Shown here: positions 58,558 through 64,000 of the stretch, piece by piece | Position numbering within the stretch: the stretch's first letter is position 1 | Layout of the letters: each line of letters opens with the position of its first letter | Source: an uncultured Acidobacteriota bacterium | Lineage (GTDB): Bacteria; Acidobacteriota; DATKUA01 | Direction: 5' to 3' | DNA: 64,000 nucleotides | Assembly (NCBI GenBank): GCA_964408025.1 | Contig: CAYOXX010000001.1 | Coordinates: 7,627 to 71,626 of the forward strand | The notes under the pieces: generated by a model | Told to the model about the DNA's origin: nothing | What the model saw: the letters and a program-made list of their open reading frames with translations, nothing else | The model's database searches: none | Made by a program: the position numbers and the translations under genes

Positions 58558-59418
58558 ATGGCCGAGGAAACCAAGGACGTGAGCACGCCCCGCATCGGGG
58601 TATACATCTGCCACTGCGGCTCGAACATCGCCAAGCAGGTCGACGTCTTCGGCGTCGCCGACTACGCGTCGACTCTCCCCAACGTCGACATCGCCCGCGA
58701 GTACAAGTTCATGTGCTCCGAACCGGGTCAGGATCTGATCAAGAACGACATCAAGGAGCGCGGCCTGACGCGCGTGGTCGTGGCTGCCTGCAGTCCGCTG
58801 ATGCACGAGCTGACCTTCCGCAAGGCTGCCGAGACCGCCGGCCTCAACCAGTACCTGGTTCAGATCGCCAACATCCGCGAGCAGTGCGCCTGGGTTACAG
58901 TCGACAAGAGCGATGCGACGGTCAAGGCCAAGGCGCTGGTGCACGGCGCCGTCAACAAGGCCACATATCTCGAGCCGCTGCAGACCCGGAAGGTAAAGAT
59001 AAACCCGGCAACGCTTGTGGTCGGCGGCGGCATAGCCGGTATCCAGGCCTCGCTGGACCTGGCCGAGGCCGGCTTCCAGGTCTACCTGGTGGAAAGGGAC
59101 ACGACAATCGGCGGCCAGATGGCCCGCTTCGACAAAACCTTCCCCACACTCGACTGCGCCGCCTGCATCCTGACGCCGAAGATGGTTAGCGTTGCGCATC
59201 GAGAGAAAATCAAGATTTTGGACAGCTCTGAAGTCGAGGACGTGTCAGGCTACATCGGCAACTTCGAGGTCAAGGTGCGTAAGCACCCCCGCTACGTCGA
59301 CGTGGACAAGTGCACGGCCTGCACGGCCTGCTGGACCGCCTGCCCGGCGGTGCGGACGCCGACAAACCGTGAGATCAGGAGGGGAGAGTTCCTCGTCAAG
59401 CAGAAAGTCACGGCCTGA
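58558..59418 (+). CDS. HdrA-like protein, N-terminal 286 aa only (truncated hdrA / possible gene remnant)
   Basis: It has the HdrA-type N-terminal Fe-S domain (IGVYICHCGSNIA), the FAD-binding motif (LVVGGGIAGIQASLDLAEAG...ERDTTIGG) and the first Cys cluster of the inserted ferredoxin domain (CTACTACWTACP). A stop follows. The next gene starts 32 nt later, and there is no continuation in any frame. Confidence 0.55.
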   Translation: MAEETKDVSTPRIGVYICHCGSNIAKQVDVFGVADYASTLPNVDIAREYKFMCSEPGQDLIKNDIKERGLTRVVVAACSPLMHELTFRKAAETAGLNQYLVQIANIREQCAWVTVDKSDATVKAKALVHGAVNKATYLEPLQTRKVKINPATLVVGGGIAGIQASLDLAEAGFQVYLVERDTTIGGQMARFDKTFPTLDCAACILTPKMVSVAHREKIKILDSSEVEDVSGYIGNFEVKVRKHPRYVDVDKCTACTACWTACPAVRTPTNREIRRGEFLVKQKVTA

Positions 59419-59450
59419 GGCTCGGGCGGAGCGTCTTCGGGGAGATTGCC

Positions 59451-59798
59451 ATGAGCCTACGGCTCGAGGAGGTTAAAGAGATTCTGGAGTGCGAGGTGGT
59501 CGTCGGCGAGGACCAGCTGGATCTCAGCGTCGATCTGGGCTGCGCCGCGGACCTCATGAGCGACGTGCTGGCCTTCAGCCAATCAGGGTCGCTGTTGCTT
59601 ACCGGCCTGGCGAACGAGCAGGCGGTGCGGACAGCCGACATCGCGGAGGTCAAGGCGATAGTGTTCGTACGCGGCAAGAAACCGAACTCGGAAGCCATCA
59701 AGCTGGCCGAGCGCCGGAGGATACCCCTGCTGTGCACGAAGTTCTACATGTACGAGGCCGCGGGGCGCTTATACGCAAGCAATCTCAAAAGTCGGTAG
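59451..59798 (+). CDS. DRTGG-domain small protein (paralog 1) of the sensory-hydrogenase module
   Basis: 115 aa. ...DLMSDVLAFSQSGSLLLTGLANEQAVRTADIAEVKAIVFVRGKKP...IPLL.T resembles the DRTGG domain found N-terminal in Pta and CBS-DRTGG proteins. Confidence 0.45.
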   Translation: MSLRLEEVKEILECEVVVGEDQLDLSVDLGCAADLMSDVLAFSQSGSLLLTGLANEQAVRTADIAEVKAIVFVRGKKPNSEAIKLAERRRIPLLCTKFYMYEAAGRLYASNLKSR

Positions 59799-59808
59799 GT
59801 AGTAAGGC

Positions 59809-60261
59809 ATGGGTAGCGAGGCCCAGCTAACGCAGGAATTTGAGATAGAAGGAGGCAACCTTTCAAGGGCCGGCGATGTTTCGATGCATATCAAGTCGAC
59901 ACTCAGGGCCATCGGCGTGCCGTCGGATTCGATCCGCCGGGCGTCGATCGCCTGCTACGAAGCGGAGATGAACGTGGTGATGTACGCCAGGCGTGGCACG
60001 TTGTGCTTCTCCATCTCGCCGCAACGCATCAGCGTCGAGGTGGCCGACGAAGGTGAAGGCATCCCCGACATCGAGCTGGCCATGCAGGAAGGATACTCGA
60101 CAGCCTCTGAAGAAATACGTGAGTTGGGCTTCGGCGCCGGCATGGGGCTGCCCAACATCAAGAAGAACACCGACGAGATGGAGCTCTCATCCGTTGTCGA
60201 CCAGGGAACCGTGCTGAAGTTCAATATCAACCTTAACAAGGCGGGTGCCTCAGGTGGGTGA
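59809..60261 (+). CDS. GHKL-type ATPase, anti-sigma regulatory factor (RsbW/SpoIIAB-like Ser/Thr kinase) family
   Basis: 150 aa. The N box reads EAEMNVVMYA. The G1 and G2 boxes read ADEGEGIPD and GFGAGMGL. Its size and motifs match partner-switching kinases. Confidence 0.6.
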   Translation: MGSEAQLTQEFEIEGGNLSRAGDVSMHIKSTLRAIGVPSDSIRRASIACYEAEMNVVMYARRGTLCFSISPQRISVEVADEGEGIPDIELAMQEGYSTASEEIRELGFGAGMGLPNIKKNTDEMELSSVVDQGTVLKFNINLNKAGASGG

Positions 60262-61579
60262 TTTTATCCACTCGATCCGTTTCGACAGCCAGCGCTGCAA
60301 GGGCAGAATGGCGTGCATGCGCGTCTGCCCCACCGAGGCGATCCGGGTGCGCAACGGCCACGCCTCCATGCTGGAAGACCGCTGCATCGACTGCGGCGAG
60401 TGCCTGACGATCTGCCCGTCCGGCGCCGTGGTGCCGCTGACGAACTCCTTCGTTGATTTCTCCCGCTTCCGCCACACGATCGTAATCCCGACGCCGTCGT
60501 TTTACGTCCAGTTCGGCCTCAACGTGGCACCTGAGACGCTCGTCCGGGGCTTGCTGGAGATAGGCTTCGACAGCTTCTACGACGTATCGCTAGTCTGCGA
60601 AGCAACCGGGATGGCGATAAGCGAATTTCTCGATCGTTACGACGGTCCCCTACCCCTCATCACGCCGTTCTGCCCAACCGTGGTGCGGCTCATGCAGTTG
60701 AAATTCCCGGACATCTCCGGATTGCTTATGCCTATCGAGTCGCCGATGGAAACGGCCGCCCTTGAGGCGAAAGAGAAAGTTGCCGCGCAGACCGGATTGC
60801 CCCTGGAGGACATCGGTACTATCTACCTGACGCCCTGTCCGGTGAAGATGATCGCCATCCAGCACCATCCGCGCAAGGCCTATTCCTACATTGACGGCGC
60901 AATCGCAATTTCCGATATATATCAGCCGCTGCTTGCGGCACTGCAAAAGCTCCCCCATAACGATGAAGAGAAACGGGAAAAGGTAGAGCTTTCGGCAGCC
61001 GGCCTGGGCTGGGGAAGACCGAATGGTCTGACGCGCAGCCTTGGCAGCGAGGATATACTCTTCGTGTCGGGACTGAACAACGTAATCAGCATCTTCGAAG
61101 AGATCGAGAGGGGGCACCTCAAGGACATCAAGATGGTGGAGTGCCATACATGCTGGGGTGGCTGTATCGGTGGCAGCCTTCTGATTGAGAACTCTTACGT
61201 GTCGCGCCACCGGATGCAGGCTATGCAGGCAAGGCTCGGGTGGGAACCGAAGGTAGATCGCGAGGACGTATCCAAGCGCTTCAAAGAAGGCTACTACACG
61301 GTAGACCAGGCACTACCCACCAGCCCTTTCAAGCCCCTTGACAAAGACTTTGCCAAGGCGATCGAGAAGATGAAGCAGATAGAGGAGCTTCATCAGATTC
61401 TCCCGGGCATCGATTGCGGCGTGTGCGGGGCCCCGACCTGCCAGGCTTTCGCGGAGGACGTGGTGCTGGGGCGCGCAGAGGTAAGCGACTGCGTTTTCGA
61501 GCAGCGCAAGCAGATCGAGGGCTTGCTGCGGCAGTCGCTCGACTGCCTGGCGGGGCAGCTCGATTCAAAGGAAGGCTGA
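60245..61579 (+). CDS. Sensory-type [FeFe]-hydrogenase homolog (HydS-like): N-terminal 2x[4Fe-4S] ferredoxin + H-cluster domain with non-canonical motifs + C-terminal Cys-rich tail
   Basis: The ferredoxin domain has CKGRMACMRVCP and CIDCGECLTICP. The H-domain motifs are TPFCP (canonical L1 is TSCCP), TPCPVK (canonical L2 is MPCxxK) and ECHTCWGGCIGG (canonical L3 is ExMACxxGCxxGGGQP). The C-terminus has CGVCGAPTC...SDC. It overlaps the upstream GHKL gene by ~17 nt. Confidence 0.75.
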   Translation: MPQVGDFIHSIRFDSQRCKGRMACMRVCPTEAIRVRNGHASMLEDRCIDCGECLTICPSGAVVPLTNSFVDFSRFRHTIVIPTPSFYVQFGLNVAPETLVRGLLEIGFDSFYDVSLVCEATGMAISEFLDRYDGPLPLITPFCPTVVRLMQLKFPDISGLLMPIESPMETAALEAKEKVAAQTGLPLEDIGTIYLTPCPVKMIAIQHHPRKAYSYIDGAIAISDIYQPLLAALQKLPHNDEEKREKVELSAAGLGWGRPNGLTRSLGSEDILFVSGLNNVISIFEEIERGHLKDIKMVECHTCWGGCIGGSLLIENSYVSRHRMQAMQARLGWEPKVDREDVSKRFKEGYYTVDQALPTSPFKPLDKDFAKAIEKMKQIEELHQILPGIDCGVCGAPTCQAFAEDVVLGRAEVSDCVFEQRKQIEGLLRQSLDCLAGQLDSKEG

Positions 61580-61581
61580 CG

Positions 61582-61923
61582 ATGCTATTGCGACAGCTAG
61601 TCGAGGCGCTGGAGCTGGAGGTCCTGACCTGCCGGCAGAAGCTGGAACGGGAGGTGACCGCCGGCTACGCAAGCGACATGCTCAGCTTCGTGATGGCCAA
61701 CGCCACGGAGGGCTCGGTATGGGTTACGGTGCAGGTGCACGAGAACATCGTGGCCGTGGCGATGCTGAGAAGCCTGGCGGCAATCCTCCTGGTGGGCGAT
61801 CGCAGCCCGGAGCAGTCGACCTTGGATAAAGCCGAACAGGAGGAAGTCTGCGTGCTCCGCAGCCGCCTGTCGGCATTCGAGGTCGTGGGCAGAATGTACG
61901 AGGCTGGAATCCGGGGAGGCTGA
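61582..61923 (+). CDS. DRTGG-like small protein (paralog 2)
   Basis: 113 aa. ...DMLSFVMANATEGSVWVTVQVHENIVAVAMLRSLAAILLVGDRSP... is similar in pattern to the protein at 59451. It starts 3 nt after the HydS-like stop. Confidence 0.4.
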   Translation: MLLRQLVEALELEVLTCRQKLEREVTAGYASDMLSFVMANATEGSVWVTVQVHENIVAVAMLRSLAAILLVGDRSPEQSTLDKAEQEEVCVLRSRLSAFEVVGRMYEAGIRGG

Positions 61924-62660
61924 TGCTGAGTGCCTACAGCGCCGACCTGCACATCCACACCTGCCTCTCGCCGTGCGGGGAGCTGGAGATGAGCCCGCTA
62001 AGTGTAGCCGAGCGGGCGGCCAGCGTCGGCCTGGACATGATCGCCATCTGCGACCACAACAGCGCGGAGAACGCGGGAGCAGTGATGAAGGCGGCCGGCC
62101 AGGGCAAGGTAACCGTCATCGCCGGCATGGAAATAACCACCAGCGAGGAGGTCCACGTCCTCGGTCTCTTCCCCACCCTGCGCAGCGCTCTGGCCGCGCA
62201 GGAGGTGGTGTTCGAGCACCTCGAGGGGGAGAACGACGAGGAGGCTTTCGGAATGCAGGTGATCGCCGACGAGCGGGACGAAGTAGTCGGCTTCAATACG
62301 AGGCTGTTGATCGGCGCCACCGACCTGGATTACAGCAAGGTGGTGGCCCTGATCCGCAAGCACGGCGGGCTGGCGATCGCTTCGCACGTCGACCGCGACG
62401 GCTTCGGGCTCATCGGTCGCCTCGGCTTCATTCCGGAAGAGCCGCCGCTGGACGCCGCTGAGCTGTCGTGCGACGGGTCGGCGGACCAGGTAACGGAGTC
62501 GTGCCTCGGATCGAAGCCGCCTATGCTCATTCGCAGCTCGGACGCCCACCGGCTCGACGAGATAGGAGAGGGACGTTGCCTGTTGCTGGCTGCGGAGGCT
62601 TCGTTCGACGAGCTGCGCTCGGCCCTGCACGGCGAGGGCGGCCGCCGAGTGGACATATGA
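61923..62660 (+). CDS. PHP-domain phosphoesterase
   Basis: ADLHIHTCLSPCG...MIAICDHNS...ASHVDRD is the PHP His/Asp metal-binding pattern. Its ATG overlaps the upstream stop (TGATG). Confidence 0.65.
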   Translation: MLSAYSADLHIHTCLSPCGELEMSPLSVAERAASVGLDMIAICDHNSAENAGAVMKAAGQGKVTVIAGMEITTSEEVHVLGLFPTLRSALAAQEVVFEHLEGENDEEAFGMQVIADERDEVVGFNTRLLIGATDLDYSKVVALIRKHGGLAIASHVDRDGFGLIGRLGFIPEEPPLDAAELSCDGSADQVTESCLGSKPPMLIRSSDAHRLDEIGEGRCLLLAAEASFDELRSALHGEGGRRVDI

Positions 62661-62668
62661 GGTGAAGC

Positions 62669-63253
62669 GTGGAAGACCTGTCTCTGCACATCCTCGACGT
62701 AGCCGAGAACGGCATCGCAGCCGACGCCGATTTTGTGCGCATATCGCTGGACGAAGACAGCAGGGACGACAGACTTACTCTCGAGATCGCCGACAACGGC
62801 TCTGGCATGGACCCGGAGCTGCTGCGCTCGGTTACCTCGCCGTTCACGACGACCAGGACCTCGCGCAACGTAGGTATGGGCCTGCCGATGCTGGCCATGT
62901 CCGCGGAGAGCGCGGACGGGGGGCTGAGCATCGATTCCGTCCCCGGCGAGGGGACAACAGTGCGAGCGACGTTCCGGCTCGGACACATCGACCGCATTCC
63001 GATTGGCGATCTGAGTCAGACCGTCAGGACGTTGATCGTCGGGAACGAAGACGTGGACTTCGTGTTCGAGTACCGCAAGAACGGCAGGGAGTTCTCGCTG
63101 GACACCCGCGAACTCCGGAGGGCCTCCGGCGGCAAGCCGTTCTGGAAGCCCGAGGTAATGAGGACCCTGCGTGAGCTTATCGACGAGGGCATGCGCGAAC
63201 TCGACGGCATGGCCGCGAAGGTTGCCTCGGGGAAGGACGTTGAGGATAGGTAG
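62669..63253 (+). CDS. GHKL/HATPase_c-domain ATP-binding protein (second kinase-like ATPase)
   Basis: 194 aa. The G1, G2 and G3 boxes read IADNGSGMD, GMGLPM and GEGTTV. It has a GTG start with a GAGGTGAAG RBS. Confidence 0.6.
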   Translation: MEDLSLHILDVAENGIAADADFVRISLDEDSRDDRLTLEIADNGSGMDPELLRSVTSPFTTTRTSRNVGMGLPMLAMSAESADGGLSIDSVPGEGTTVRATFRLGHIDRIPIGDLSQTVRTLIVGNEDVDFVFEYRKNGREFSLDTRELRRASGGKPFWKPEVMRTLRELIDEGMRELDGMAAKVASGKDVEDR

Positions 63254-63335
63254 TAGGCAAAGAAGCGGCATCCGCCCACGCGACGCAACGAGGGATGGAC
63301 GCCGCATGAGAATGCCGAATCAGTTACGGGGGTAA

Positions 63336-63794
63336 ATGGTTATGGCGACCAGCAAAGTAGAGGAGATCATCTCCAAATACTCAGGAGGAGAACAGGATAT
63401 CATCGCGATCCTCCAGGATGTACAGGATGAGTACAACTACATCCCCAAGGACGTCCTGGCCGAAATAACGGGTGCACTCCAGATTCCCATGAGCCGGGCA
63501 TATTCCCTGGCGACCTTCTTCAGTGCTTTCAGTCTCGAGCCGAAGGGTAAGTATCCGATCAACGTCTGCATGGGAACAGCCTGCCACGTTCAGGGTGCCC
63601 CCAGGATTCTCGATAAGCTCGAGCGCGATCTGAGTATCAAGAAGGGGCAGACAACATCCGACGGGCTTTTCAGCCTCGACGAGGTTCACTGCCTTGGCTG
63701 CTGCGGTCTGGCGCCGGTTATCACAGTTGGCGAGGACCTCTATGGCAAGGTGAAGCACGGGCAACTGAAGAAGATTCTGAAGAAGTACCAGTAG
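63336..63794 (+). CDS. hydC: NuoE-like [2Fe-2S] thioredoxin-fold subunit of a NADH-dependent/bifurcating [FeFe]-hydrogenase (HydC/HndA type)
   Basis: 152 aa. The Cys motif reads CMGTACHV...CLGCCGLAP. ILQDVQDEYNYIPKDVL matches the 24-kDa NuoE family. Confidence 0.8.
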   Translation: MVMATSKVEEIISKYSGGEQDIIAILQDVQDEYNYIPKDVLAEITGALQIPMSRAYSLATFFSAFSLEPKGKYPINVCMGTACHVQGAPRILDKLERDLSIKKGQTTSDGLFSLDEVHCLGCCGLAPVITVGEDLYGKVKHGQLKKILKKYQ

Positions 63795-63850
63795 CATTCT
63801 GAAGCTATTTCCGGTGGTGAGTACCCCGGAACGCGAAAGGAGAGGAGATC

Positions 63851-64000
63851 GTGGGAAAGCTAAAAGTATCCGATCTCGAAAAGATCAAAGATAAAATAAA
63901 GCGTGCTACGAAGCTGCGGGAAGGCAAGGGCAGTGCACGCGTTACGGTGCACATGGGCACCTGCGGCATCGCAGCGGGGTCGCGAAACATCATGAGTGCG
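63851..64000 (+). CDS. hydB: NuoF-like hydrogenase beta subunit (HydB/HndC type), N-terminal fragment; continues past window end
   Basis: GTG start with an AAAGGAGAGGAG RBS. The N-terminal 2Fe-2S thioredoxin-like domain motif reads ARVTVHMGTCGIAAGSR. Confidence 0.65.
   Translation, partial: MGKLKVSDLEKIKDKIKRATKLREGKGSARVTVHMGTCGIAAGSRNIMSA

Overview
The window is a 64 kb, high-GC (roughly 60-65% by eye) chromosomal segment that is almost entirely coding. It looks like an anaerobic, probably Gram-negative bacterium (LptF/G, secretin PilQ, Rex, HdrABC and NuoE/F-type hydrogenase subunits point to a deltaproteobacteria-like or candidate-phylum anaerobe). Most of it is conserved housekeeping genes in classical operons: rimO-pgpA-cinA, asnS, cspA, rplU-rpmA-obg-rsfS, an ECF sigma/anti-sigma/HEAT trio, tgt-yajC-secD-secF, hutU, recN, miaB, parAB, rpsT, murJ-dtd-xerD, a fused lptFG, a tRNA-Gly(CCC), and a nudix, mce, rex and nramp gene. 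I found no CRISPR array, IS element or prophage. There are three accessory or unusual areas. (1) 17.1-27.5 kb holds a type IV pilus assembly cluster, pilMNOP-pilQ, preceded by a small HTH gene and followed by four uncharacterised genes (two lipoproteins, an acidic TPR protein and a Roadblock/MglB-like protein). PilQ has AMIN domains and four in-frame 93-bp tandem repeats. (2) 57.1-64.0 kb holds hdrC-hdrB plus a truncated hdrA. It abuts a six-gene module around a sensory-type (HydS-like) [FeFe]-hydrogenase homolog: two DRTGG proteins, two GHKL ATPase/kinase-like proteins and a PHP phosphoesterase. The start of a NuoE/NuoF-type bifurcating hydrogenase (hydC, hydB) lies directly downstream. This looks like a poorly characterised H2-sensing partner-switch-like regulatory system and is the most interesting feature. 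(3) Smaller oddities: L21 with a histone-H1-like Lys/Ala/Pro tail, a fused LptF-LptG permease, an Asd-like protein that seems to lack the catalytic Cys, a polypurine heptamer microsatellite in the nramp/hdr intergenic region, and a ~540 bp AT-rich non-coding gap. Coordinates for CDSs come from the supplied ORF track with start codons refined by N-terminal homology and RBS inspection. Small features (promoters, terminators, tRNA, repeats) were placed by eye and may be off by 1-2 nt.
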